NCBI GenBank assembly: GCA_028718905.1
Contig: JAQUKV010000007.1
Location: forward strand, 588 to 64,587
DNA length: 64,000 bases
Source of the DNA: Candidatus Peribacteraceae bacterium
Lineage (GTDB): Bacteria; Patescibacteriota; Gracilibacteria; Peribacterales; Peribacteraceae
Direction: 5' to 3'
In this document: one piece after another, positions 19,267 to 27,380 of the stretch
How the letters are laid out: every line of letters starts with the position of its first letter
How positions within the stretch are numbered: the first letter of the stretch is position 1
The notes under the pieces: generated by a model
What the model was told of the DNA's origin: nothing
Database searches by the model: none
What the model saw: the letters and a program-made list of their open reading frames with translations, nothing else
Translations under genes and position numbers: made by a program

Positions 19267-19458
19267 ATGGCACAAGTTGGATTAGTTGCCCAGAGATGGA
19301 ACGGAATAGTCCATGACGGCGCTCATCATCGGCGCTCTCTTGAGTATGTGGGAGGTCGGCCCAACGCAGGATGCCATTCTCATCGGTATCGTGACGGGTG
19401 GTATGACGACACTCTCGGTAAATTATCTGGATCGCTGGTTCAAGAAGAAAAAAAAGTA
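19267..19458 (+). pseudogene. Decayed, frameshifted paralog of the holin-like gene at 16657
   Basis: The frame from ATG 19312 gives MTALIIGALLSMWEVGPTQDAILIGIVTGGMTTLSVNYLDRWFKKKKK, which matches the C-terminal half of the 95-aa protein. Upstream similarity (AQRWNGIV versus AMEWGKPV) lies in another frame, and the first TM is missing. Confidence 0.45.
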
Positions 19459-19492
19459 GAGCGCGCCGGAGCTCCGCTATGATGGGCGCCCC

Positions 19493-20665
19493 ATGAAACC
19501 TCGTGTGTTCCCATGTTCGGGTGATGCGTCCTGTTCAAGGAAGTTTATATTTGCTCTTCTGACAGCTCTTTTTTCTATTCTTTTCCCATATGCCCTTATG
19601 GGTGCAGAAAGTGCATGGTATGCCGGAACTCTAAGCGCCTTCGTGGAGGCCGGCTATATTCAACCACAGGATTTTAGCCCTGCAGCGACTGCGACCCGCG
19701 GAAACTTTCTCGATCTCCTGCTCCGCCTGAAGGGCGGGGTGGTGCACGGCCCCTTCTCCGCCACGACGTTCGATGATATTTCCGCGGATGATCCGCGATT
19801 CTTCGTATTCGAGGAGGCGGCGGCGCAAGGATGGGTGCGCGGAGCGGGAGATTGTTGCGGATCGCATCCCTGCTCTGCTTTTCCACGTCGAACGATCAAT
19901 CGTGCCGAGGCAGCGGCTCTCCTCGTTCGTGCTTTCGGTCTGACTGCACAGACATCCGCTCCGACCTTTCGGGATATGGAATCCGAAGCGTGGTATGTTG
20001 AGCCGCTTCGCATCGCGTCCAGTCACTGTATTTTCCAGGGAGATGATGGTGGAGGGACCGTCCGTCCTGCGGATACTCTGAACCAAGCCGAGATGCTGGC
20101 TGTCCTGTATCGAACTCTGCAGGGGCTTTCGTATCCGGAATGCAGTGGAGAAGGTCAGCCTCTCCCTCTTGCCCCAGCGTCTCTGCAGATGCAACTTCCC
20201 TTGCCCACTTTGCCGAATAATATGGCATCCTCGGCAGCGGCAAGCACTTCCCTTTCCTCGGCTGATTCGGCCTTCTCAAGATCGTCTTCCCTCACCTCTG
20301 CGGCATTTTCCTCTTTCTCTTCCAGTGCTTCGTTTATATCCAGTTCTGTTTTCTCTTTATCATCAAACGTTCTCTCTGCAATTCCGGACCCCGACTATGC
20401 AGTATTCCTCTCGAAGTATGATCAGTACATCACACTGTTCGGTTCTTCTTTAGAAGAGACGAAGTCCGTAGAGAACAGCGCGACTGTCCAGGTATTGAAT
20501 CTCCTCAAGGCTCAGATGGATATCATCACAGCTTTCTATCAATATGTGGCGATTGCCCGCCAACGCACGCTCACGGATGGGGAGCGACAAGTTACCCTCT
20601 CTCTCATGGTGACAATCGAGAAAGGATTCGCCAACATCCAGAGTATTCAATCCGTTGGCGCTTAA
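19493..20665 (+). CDS. SLH-domain surface protein with Ser-rich linker
   Basis: 390 aa with three SLH-like modules (WYAGTLSAFVEAGYI..., FDDISADDPRFFVFEEAAAQGWVRG..., FRDMESEAWYVEPLRIASSHCIFQGD...). These are paralogous to the N-terminus of the 1427-aa protein at 51394. Confidence 0.75.
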   Translation: MKPRVFPCSGDASCSRKFIFALLTALFSILFPYALMGAESAWYAGTLSAFVEAGYIQPQDFSPAATATRGNFLDLLLRLKGGVVHGPFSATTFDDISADDPRFFVFEEAAAQGWVRGAGDCCGSHPCSAFPRRTINRAEAAALLVRAFGLTAQTSAPTFRDMESEAWYVEPLRIASSHCIFQGDDGGGTVRPADTLNQAEMLAVLYRTLQGLSYPECSGEGQPLPLAPASLQMQLPLPTLPNNMASSAAASTSLSSADSAFSRSSSLTSAAFSSFSSSASFISSSVFSLSSNVLSAIPDPDYAVFLSKYDQYITLFGSSLEETKSVENSATVQVLNLLKAQMDIITAFYQYVAIARQRTLTDGERQVTLSLMVTIEKGFANIQSIQSVGA

Positions 20666-20854
20666 ATACTCACTTGCATCACCGACCGCACGCCAGACTG
20701 CATGGAGCACCTTCCAGAAGGTCGCAAAGCAGTGCAAAGAGCCGATGTCTGACGAACAGTACATGGCCAACGAAGATCTGTAAGCCGTTCTCAATGCGAA
20801 CAACGTGGGGGGCTTGCCCGGTGGCAGTCCTCCATTTTTCTGTTCTGGAAGTGC

Positions 20855-21790
20855 ATGGCTGAGTGGAGCGTTTTTTGCTACAATACTTTGATGCTCCACG
20901 TTGAAATAGAAATCCCCCATCCGGTCGAGACACTCTTCCTCTTGTTTGCAGCGGGAGGGGTAGTCGTATGGATGACGTGGAAGGTTCCCGGTCAGCAGGT
21001 GCAGGCATCGGTTACTCCCCGTCCGACATCCGCCGCACCGGCGGAGGGTGAAGGCGGACCGGACCGTCAGGCGCGTATGCTCGCGCTTCGGAGCGCCGAG
21101 GATGATGCCCGCCGTATCCGCACCGAGCAGACGGTGCTGTCACAGCGCGAAGAAATCCTGCGCTACGAATTGAAGATCGTGGAGGATGCGGCGTCCCGCT
21201 CCGGCGATGGCGTCTCCATCCGTATCGCGAAAGAGAAACTGCTGTCGCTTCTGGCCGACGAACGCGCGGCCGAAGAGCAGTTCCGGCAGACGTTGCAGGA
21301 AATGTGGGAGGCCGAGGGCCTCTCGGCTACGGTGGCCGTAGGCAGCCCCGGTGACGTGCGCGTGCTCTGGCCCGTGGAGCCCGAGGAGGGCCTTTCCGCC
21401 CTGTTCCTTGATGCGGAGTATGAGAAACGGTTCGGCATTCCTCACCATGCCATCGACATTCCCGTAGCGCAGGGATCCGCGATCCGCAGTGCGGCGGACG
21501 GTGTGGTCGATAAGATCGTCGATAACGGCCTTGGCTACAGCTATATCTTGGTCAAGCACGACGGCTTTGCCACGCTCTACGGCCATGCGAGCGCCTTCTT
21601 CGTCGCGGAGGGTGATCACGTGCGTCAGGGTGACGTGCTGGCGGCTTCGGGCGGTATGCCCGGCACGCCGGGCGCGGGATCACTCACGACGGGACCGCAC
21701 CTGCACTTCGAAGTGATCGTCAATGCAGAGCGCATCGATCCGCTTACGGTTCTTCCGGCGCGTCCGGAGGTGCACCAAGGCCGGTCATGA
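20855..21790 (+). CDS. M23-family peptidoglycan endopeptidase with N-terminal TM and coiled coil
   Basis: HHAIDIPVAQGSAIRSAADGVV...ATLYGHAS...GPHLHFEV. The start could instead be the ATG at 20891. Confidence 0.8.
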   Translation: MAEWSVFCYNTLMLHVEIEIPHPVETLFLLFAAGGVVVWMTWKVPGQQVQASVTPRPTSAAPAEGEGGPDRQARMLALRSAEDDARRIRTEQTVLSQREEILRYELKIVEDAASRSGDGVSIRIAKEKLLSLLADERAAEEQFRQTLQEMWEAEGLSATVAVGSPGDVRVLWPVEPEEGLSALFLDAEYEKRFGIPHHAIDIPVAQGSAIRSAADGVVDKIVDNGLGYSYILVKHDGFATLYGHASAFFVAEGDHVRQGDVLAASGGMPGTPGAGSLTTGPHLHFEVIVNAERIDPLTVLPARPEVHQGRS

Positions 21791-22907
21791 GATGGAATTC
21801 CTGCGCCTGACGGAGGGCATACGCATCCGTCATCCCCGCCACATAGTCCTTGATCGCTTCGGGTAACGTTCCCTGTGTTTTCTGCCGCAGCTCCTTCACC
21901 TTGGGCGGAGGATCTTTTTCGAAGGCGGCGCAGAGCTGCGTGACCGTGTTCCTGCCCTTTTCATTGCATGCCTGTACAGGGGAGCTCATGTAGAGATGAT
22001 CCCAGAGAAAACTGCGAAGCTGCGCGAGCTTCTGCTCCATTGCAGCGGAGAAGTGCGCGAGAGGGCGCGACGTATGCACGACGTCCTGCACTGTCCGGAT
22101 TGCTTGTGACGCGAGAAAGTTTTCTGTCGTGGCATAGAGATCCGTGACGAGCAGGTGAATGAGAGAGCCTCGCAGAGATGTTCCGCGAGCTTTCGATCGC
22201 TCTGCCGCCTCGCGCGCCAAGGGGATCCGTTGAATTGCCTTGAACGAAAAGAGTTTGGCGCCGAGGCCGTCGTCGCAATCGTGTGCGGTATAGGCGATCT
22301 CGTCGGCCAGATTGACCACGTGCGCCTCCAACGACGTTCCCGGCGGCAGCAGGACATCGGCGGGCGCGTCATGCGGTGTCTGATGCTTCTTGAGGCCTTC
22401 CAACACCTCACGGTTCAGGTTGAGTCCCGCAAAGAGCGACGAGTGCTCCTCCAGTACCGTGACGATCCTGAGTGATTGCTCGTTGTGCTCGAAATGCGCA
22501 CCGTGTTTCGTCATGAACACATTCAATGCTTCCTCGCCGGTGTGGCCGAAGGGCGGATGCCCCAGGTCGTGCGCGAGGGCGATGCATTCCGCAAGATCTT
22601 CATTGAGGCCGAGGGTTCGCGCGATATCACGGCTGATCTGCGCCACTTCCATGGTGTGCGTGAGGCGCGTACGGACGTGGTCCGAACCTCCGGCGACGAA
22701 GACCTGCGTCTTCCCCTTGAGCCGGCGAAACGACTGCGTGTGGATGATGCGGTCGCGGTCGCGCTGAAAGGGGAATCGGGTTTCATCTTCCGGCTCCTTG
22801 ACGCTTCGTCCCAGCATTCCCTCGTGCGGCACCGCGTAGGGGGCGAGGAGGGCATCGGCCTGCTTCATTCGTTCGGCGAGTGGGAGCATGAGAGAATCAG
22901 TGTACAT
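21744..22907 (-). CDS. dGTPase-like HD-domain triphosphohydrolase
   Basis: FQRDRDRIIHTQSFRRLKGKTQVF and RLTHTMEVAQISRDIA...AHDLGHPPFGH. The start is ambiguous (22907, 22890, or the ORF-track start at 22997). The 3' end overlaps the convergent M23 gene by 47 nt. Confidence 0.85.
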   Translation of the reverse strand: MYTDSLMLPLAERMKQADALLAPYAVPHEGMLGRSVKEPEDETRFPFQRDRDRIIHTQSFRRLKGKTQVFVAGGSDHVRTRLTHTMEVAQISRDIARTLGLNEDLAECIALAHDLGHPPFGHTGEEALNVFMTKHGAHFEHNEQSLRIVTVLEEHSSLFAGLNLNREVLEGLKKHQTPHDAPADVLLPPGTSLEAHVVNLADEIAYTAHDCDDGLGAKLFSFKAIQRIPLAREAAERSKARGTSLRGSLIHLLVTDLYATTENFLASQAIRTVQDVVHTSRPLAHFSAAMEQKLAQLRSFLWDHLYMSSPVQACNEKGRNTVTQLCAAFEKDPPPKVKELRQKTQGTLPEAIKDYVAGMTDAYALRQAQEFHLMTGLGAPPDAPEEP

Positions 22908-23267
22908 CTTTCTGGGTTTCTTCTGCTGGAGGACCGGATTTTCCACCCTTTTCCGGCGAAAAGGGTGGAGCCCAAACGCCGGCGCGCCAATCCCCACTCC
23001 GCCCGGCCATGTGCCTCCTCACCGATGCCTCCAAGGATTCGGCATCGTCTCGTCGGCGCGTACCGCTCTTGAGCGGTGCAGGGCCTTCCCCTTCACCCCC
23101 GATGGCGCGCCCCCGCCCACAAAGTTGAGAATGCATTGAGGTATGCATCGCGAAGTTATTTGTGCCTCTGGTCATGGATCGAACACACATACAACTAACA
23201 AAACAGTCCGCCGTCGGTATGAAATAATCCGTGCCGAAGCGCTGGTTTCGCAAAATTAAAATAATCC

Positions 23268-23361
23268 ATCGCGAACCCCGCACGTGGCTATCGGGGTGGA
23301 GCGATACCTCTAAAGGGAAAGGATGGTTCATGGAAGGAAAACCGTAGGTTTGCCTTCCATG
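23268..23361 (+). ncRNA. Structured-RNA-like element, copy B
   Basis: ATCGC-GAA-[CCCCGCACGTGGCTATCGGGG]-TGGA-GCGAT-ACCTCTAAAGGGAAAGG-ATGGTT-[CATGGAAGG AAAACCGTAGGTTTG CCTTCCATG]. Confidence 0.6.
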
Positions 23362-23550
23362 CCGAACAGCCGTTGAGCAGGGACGCTATGCTCCTGGGTA
23401 ACCAGGTGGGTGGCCGCATCCTCCGACCACGGTCGGGGGAGAGTAGGCCTCCCCTAGAGCACTTGAGGAGAAACGTACCGGCTCTGACGTGCCGTCCAGA
23501 CGATGGGATTCTAGCGACGAGGATGGAGGATTGCCATGCAGCTCTTCATA

Positions 23551-23650
23551 GAGGAAAGAGAAGAAGGAAAAGAAGAAAAGGAAATAAAGGAGAATGGTCG
23601 TGACCTCCCTCTTTTCTTTCTTTCCTTTCCTCTATTTCCTTTCATTCTTC
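23551..23650. repeat. Purine-word / pyrimidine-word imperfect hairpin
   Basis: GAGGAAAGAGAAGAAGGAAAAGAAGAAAAGGAAATAAAGGAG followed by CTCCCTCTTTTCTTTCTTTCCTTTCCTCTATTTCCTTTC. It abuts the pgeF stop codon. Confidence 0.6.
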
Positions 23651-24336
23651 TATTTCTTTTCATTCCTGTTCAAGAGGACACATGCCAGCACATTCGTCCC
23701 TCCATTTCTCACCGCTTCCCGGTCGCCTCCCCTGTACGTCCAGTACTTTCCGGGGTTGCAGCACGTGCAGTCCGGCGAGCGTTCAAAATGATCCGGAGGA
23801 AGCCCGAGTTTCAACAGTTGCGCGTCCGCCGCGCCGCGCAGATCGACATTTTTTCCTGCAATGAACTCCGGCGGGATCGTCGGGAGCTCGCGCTCAGAAT
23901 CGCTGAATCCCGCGCACTTTTGGCAGAGCGACGGTCCGGCAGCTACATAAGTTTCTTCCGGATCGATATCCCATTCGTTTTTCAGTGCTGCGAAGAACGC
24001 GGGGATCGCTCCGGCATTCAGTCCGCGCCAGCCGGCATGCAGCGCGCCGAGAACATTTTTTTTGGGCGCGTAGAGAACGAATGCCTGACAGTCGGCCCAC
24101 CGCACCGAGAGCGCGAGACCGGTGTGATCCGTCACAAGTCCGTCAGCATCGGGTGCGTATTCCACGGCGCCGCGTGCGATGACAGTCTTCGCTCCATGTA
24201 CCTGTTCGGCGGATGCCGCACTCTTCACTCCGAGTGTCCCGCAGATATCGTGCGGCTGGTGATCCTTTTTCTTCCACATCCCCACGATCAGGCGGTCGCG
24301 AAACGGCTCGAAGAGGGAGAAGGGAGAACGGTTCAT
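23650..24336 (-). CDS. pgeF: Peptidoglycan editing factor PgeF (YfiH/DUF152, laccase-domain protein)
   Basis: 228 aa. WADCQAFVLYAPKKNVLGALHAGWRG and a C-terminal CTCCNPGKYWTYRG. Confidence 0.8.
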   Translation of the reverse strand: MNRSPFSLFEPFRDRLIVGMWKKKDHQPHDICGTLGVKSAASAEQVHGAKTVIARGAVEYAPDADGLVTDHTGLALSVRWADCQAFVLYAPKKNVLGALHAGWRGLNAGAIPAFFAALKNEWDIDPEETYVAAGPSLCQKCAGFSDSERELPTIPPEFIAGKNVDLRGAADAQLLKLGLPPDHFERSPDCTCCNPGKYWTYRGGDREAVRNGGTNVLACVLLNRNEKK

Positions 24337-24377
24337 ACGACGAGGATTGTAGCGTTATTTGGTTTCTTTTCTTTTTC

Positions 24378-24466
24378 TCCCCCACCCCCGGCCCCTCCCC
24401 CGGTGGGAGAGGGGAAACACGTGAAGTACGCCCTTCCCCCTCCGGGGGAAGGGTTGGGAATGGGGG
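24378..24466. repeat. Short relative of the nested-palindrome element
   Basis: CCCCACCCCC..[CCCCTCCCCCGGTGGGAGAGGGG]..[CCCTTCCCCCTCCGGGGGAAGGG]..GGGAATGGGGG. Two internal hairpins sit inside an outer C-run/G-run stem. Confidence 0.6.
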
Positions 24467-24530
24467 ATTTCGAAAGGTTTTCGTGAGGATTTCCTTTGCT
24501 CTGCCGCGTGGGTGGCGATAGTTTGAGGGT

Positions 24531-25055
24531 ATGTCTTCTGAAAGAGAACCATCGTGGTCTTCGCTCCCTCCTCACCTGCAAACATCGAAACTGGCCCATG
24601 CCATTTGCCCCGAAGGGGCGGCGGAGGCCGCTCATAATTTTGATGAAACATTGTTCTGGGGAAGATATGGTTTCCAGAATCTTTCTCGTGCAGAGCTTGG
24701 CGCGTGCATCTGGAGCAAGTGGGGATCGCAGTTGGCCGATTGGCCAGATGAACAAGTGCTCGCCTGGATGAAGCACATGGGTTTTCGCGATCATGATGCA
24801 CTTGAGGGCATGCGGGATGATGAGGTCATTCGGCTCATCCGGCGCAATGAAGCCATTGTTACTCACATGATCGAGCGTTACCCGCGGTCCGATGATTTCC
24901 ATGCAAATATTGGAAAACCAAGTACTGATCCGGAGGCGCTCCGTCAGCAGGTTCGGCAAGTTTTTGCCGAAGATCCGGAACTCAGGTTTGCTCTGGTGGC
25001 TGCGCTGGAACATCCGGAAGATGTACCGGGTCTTACACTCCCTTCAGAAGCGTAG
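24531..25055 (+). CDS. Hypothetical protein
   Basis: 174-aa ORF with ordinary amino-acid composition and GAGGG upstream of the ATG. No family recognised. Confidence 0.5.
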   Translation: MSSEREPSWSSLPPHLQTSKLAHAICPEGAAEAAHNFDETLFWGRYGFQNLSRAELGACIWSKWGSQLADWPDEQVLAWMKHMGFRDHDALEGMRDDEVIRLIRRNEAIVTHMIERYPRSDDFHANIGKPSTDPEALRQQVRQVFAEDPELRFALVAALEHPEDVPGLTLPSEA

Positions 25056-25812
25056 GAATTTCTTTGATCACCCGGCGTGTGCCGAAGGCATAACCGTACG
25101 CGTCGAAGAGCTTCTCCGCCGCGCGCTTCATCACATGCCCGGCGGTTTTCGCCGCATCGAGAGGCTCCATGCCCTGCGCGATCAATCCCGCGATGAGCCC
25201 TGCCAGCGCGTCCCCCGTGCCGCCGACGGTCAAGCCCGCATTGCCTCCTTTGAGCTCCGTCATGGAGCCATCGGGGCATGCGATGATGTCGATGGGTCCT
25301 TTGAGAAAAATCACCGCGCCGGCATTGCCTGCCTGCAGAGCAAGATCGGCAGGAACCAGATTCATGCGTTCCAGTTCCGCGAGATGCGGAGTCAGAACGG
25401 CGGCCTTGCCGCGCACAAGTTCCAGTGTCTCGGGCTGCAGAGCGGTCGCGTCCAGAATCAGGCGGCAGGGGGATTCCGCGATGATGTCCTGCAATGTCTT
25501 GAGACTCTTGGCATTGCCGTGCGCGATACCGGGTCCCACCACTGCGCAATCCATCGTTGCGAGCAGTTCCAAGATCGCCGTTTTGTCTCCGGCTGACAGA
25601 TCATCGCCGCCGAACGGGTGCACCTGGAAGTTGGGCGAGGTTGCTTTGGCGGCCTCGGCATGGCACTTGGGCAGGCTGACGAAGATCAGATCGGCTCCGC
25701 TGGCTTCTGCGGCGAGTGCCGCAAAGATCGGTGCGCCGTGCATGAACGCGGAGCCGCCGATCACCGCTACTTTTCCATTCTCGCCTTTGTGGGAATCTTT
25801 CGACCGGTCCAC
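25033..25812 (-). CDS. nnrD: ADP/ATP-dependent NAD(P)H-hydrate dehydratase (YjeF C-terminal domain)
   Basis: KGENGKVAVIGGS..., LTPHLAELERM and GNAGLTVGGTGDALAGLIAGLIAQG. Confidence 0.85.
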   Translation of the reverse strand: MDRSKDSHKGENGKVAVIGGSAFMHGAPIFAALAAEASGADLIFVSLPKCHAEAAKATSPNFQVHPFGGDDLSAGDKTAILELLATMDCAVVGPGIAHGNAKSLKTLQDIIAESPCRLILDATALQPETLELVRGKAAVLTPHLAELERMNLVPADLALQAGNAGAVIFLKGPIDIIACPDGSMTELKGGNAGLTVGGTGDALAGLIAGLIAQGMEPLDAAKTAGHVMKRAAEKLFDAYGYAFGTRRVIKEIPTLLKGV

Positions 25813-25858
25813 GGATGGGAGTATAGCAAATCCGTAGCCTTTGCTCTTCCAGCGCGGA

Positions 25859-26128
25859 TCAACCCCACGGAGTGGAGCGGCATGGCTCTGGCTTCACTCG
25901 CATGGTATCCCAGTTTCTTGCGGTATGTGCTATTCTTCGATGTTCTGCTTCCGCATGCAGAATCGCCCACGCTTTTCTTCGCAATTCTTGCGTTGCGACA
26001 GTGCCGCTCATTAGCCATTCTCCGTCGACATTCTGGTCCACTTGTACATGCTCAAGTCCGGGTTCTCGCTGCAGTTGCTGTTGGATTTCTGCCGCATGTT
26101 GCCGTTGCTGTGTATCCAGTGTCGCCAT
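25859..26128 (-). CDS. Small hypothetical protein (possibly BON-like)
   Basis: 89-aa ORF between two same-strand genes. The segment VQVDQNVDGEWLMSGTVATQELRRKAWAIL is weakly BON-like. No clear RBS. Confidence 0.35.
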   Translation of the reverse strand: MATLDTQQRQHAAEIQQQLQREPGLEHVQVDQNVDGEWLMSGTVATQELRRKAWAILHAEAEHRRIAHTARNWDTMRVKPEPCRSTPWG

Positions 26129-26200
26129 GGTGCCATGGTAGATATTCCGGATGGGATTTCAAGAGCTCCGGATTACGGGCATTGAGGCGCGCTATTGCTG

Positions 26201-27301
26201 TTATTTTTTCATTTCAATGACCCTCATCACCATTTGTTCTATCCGTTCCCGAAAGCGGTCGCTCGAGAACTGACGCGCATGTTCCCGGATTGCTGCGTGA
26301 TCGAACGGTGTGTGCCCGAATCGTTCCAGTGCGCCTTGCAAAGCATCGACGGTCTGTTCCCCGAAAAACATTCCCGTGACGCCATCCTGCACCGTATCGA
26401 GCACTCCCCCGCGTCTGAGGGCGATTACAGGTGTGCCGCACGCCTGCGCCTCGAGCGGTACGACCCCTGCATCTTCAACCTGCGGGAGCAGCAGGGCGCG
26501 GGCATGCCCGTACAGGTCCGGCAGGTCGGCATCGGGTACGAAGCCGAGCATGTGCACGGTGGGTCCGGCGAGAGCCTTGAGTCGTGCGAAATCACTGCCG
26601 TTCCCTGCGATGGTCAGGGGGATGTGTAATTGGTTGGCGGCGGCGATGAGCAAATCAAAACGCTTGTAGGGCACCAGACGGCCGATGGCGAGAAATCCTT
26701 TCCGATCCGTTGCCGCTGAGAGCGGAGCCTTCAGAAATTTCTCCTGCACCGGCGGGGGGATCACCGTGCTCTCGCGTCCGTACACGCGGGAGATGCGTTC
26801 CTGCGTGGTTCTGGAGTTGGCGAGGAACCGGTCCACTCGCCTGGCCGTAGTCATGTCCCAGCGGCGCAGATGCTTGAGTGTGCGCCTGACTGTCCGGCGT
26901 AGCATCTTCGGCACGCGGAAGTCGCGCAGGTATTCCTCCTCCATTTCCCACGCGTAGCGCATGGGGGTGTGGCAGTAACACACGTGTACCGCGGAAGAGG
27001 ACGGAATGATTCCTTTTGCCACGGCATGCGACGAGCTCATCACGGTGTCGAATGCACGCAGATCCACCGCCTCGATGGCACGCGGCATCCACGGCAGCAG
27101 CACTTCATGGCGGCCGAGGAGGCGGTACCATTTCTGCAGTGTGCTCGTGCGGATATCCGCATGATCCAGCGGTCCCAGATGTCCGTGCCGCGCCACGGTG
27201 GTGAAGATCGGCGCCTCGGGCCACAGGGCATGCAGCTCGGCGATCACGTGTTCCGCGCCCCCGAAGGTCGGCAGCCAGTCGGCGATAATGGCGAGTCGCA
27301 T
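26201..27301 (-). CDS. Family-4 (GT-B) glycosyltransferase
   Basis: The start is taken at MRLAIIADWLPTFGGAEHV. The C-terminal part carries an E-x7-E-like region (LLLPQVEDAGVVPLEAQACGTPVIA). Confidence 0.8.
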   Translation of the reverse strand: MRLAIIADWLPTFGGAEHVIAELHALWPEAPIFTTVARHGHLGPLDHADIRTSTLQKWYRLLGRHEVLLPWMPRAIEAVDLRAFDTVMSSSHAVAKGIIPSSSAVHVCYCHTPMRYAWEMEEEYLRDFRVPKMLRRTVRRTLKHLRRWDMTTARRVDRFLANSRTTQERISRVYGRESTVIPPPVQEKFLKAPLSAATDRKGFLAIGRLVPYKRFDLLIAAANQLHIPLTIAGNGSDFARLKALAGPTVHMLGFVPDADLPDLYGHARALLLPQVEDAGVVPLEAQACGTPVIALRRGGVLDTVQDGVTGMFFGEQTVDALQGALERFGHTPFDHAAIREHARQFSSDRFRERIEQMVMRVIEMKK

Positions 27302-27302
27302 T

Positions 27303-27376
27303 GCAGTACGCAGTATGCAGTACGCAGTGAGTAAGTGGTAGAAAGTTTCTTTGCATACCTGCATACTGCTTACTGC
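27303..27376. repeat. GCAGTAN heptamer-word hairpin, copy iii
   Basis: GCAGTACGCAGTATGCAGTACGCAGTGAGTAAG ... CTGCATACTGCTTACTGC. It lies between the divergent GT4 and ftsQ-like starts. Confidence 0.8.
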
Positions 27377-27380
27377 TTTC

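Noticed and set aside
20673-20790. Coding-looking tail (…AWSTFQKVAKQCKEPMSDEQYMANEDL-stop) in the +1 frame just after the SLH-protein stop codon.
   Set aside because: There is no start codon or ribosome-binding site, it spans only about 38 codons, and I recognise no homolog. It could be a remnant or chance. The sequence alone does not support a programmed frameshift.
23268-23540. Possibility that copy B or C is the RNase P RNA. GGAGAGTCCATG in copy C resembles the GAGGAAAGTCC CR-I box, and GCAGGG...CCTGGGTAACCAGG in copy B resembles the P7-P8 region.
   Set aside because: I found no ACAGAANNCGGCTTA-type CR-IV/V box and no P4 partner. The shared core occurs four times, which does not fit a single-copy housekeeping RNA. 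A CM search is still needed to exclude it formally.
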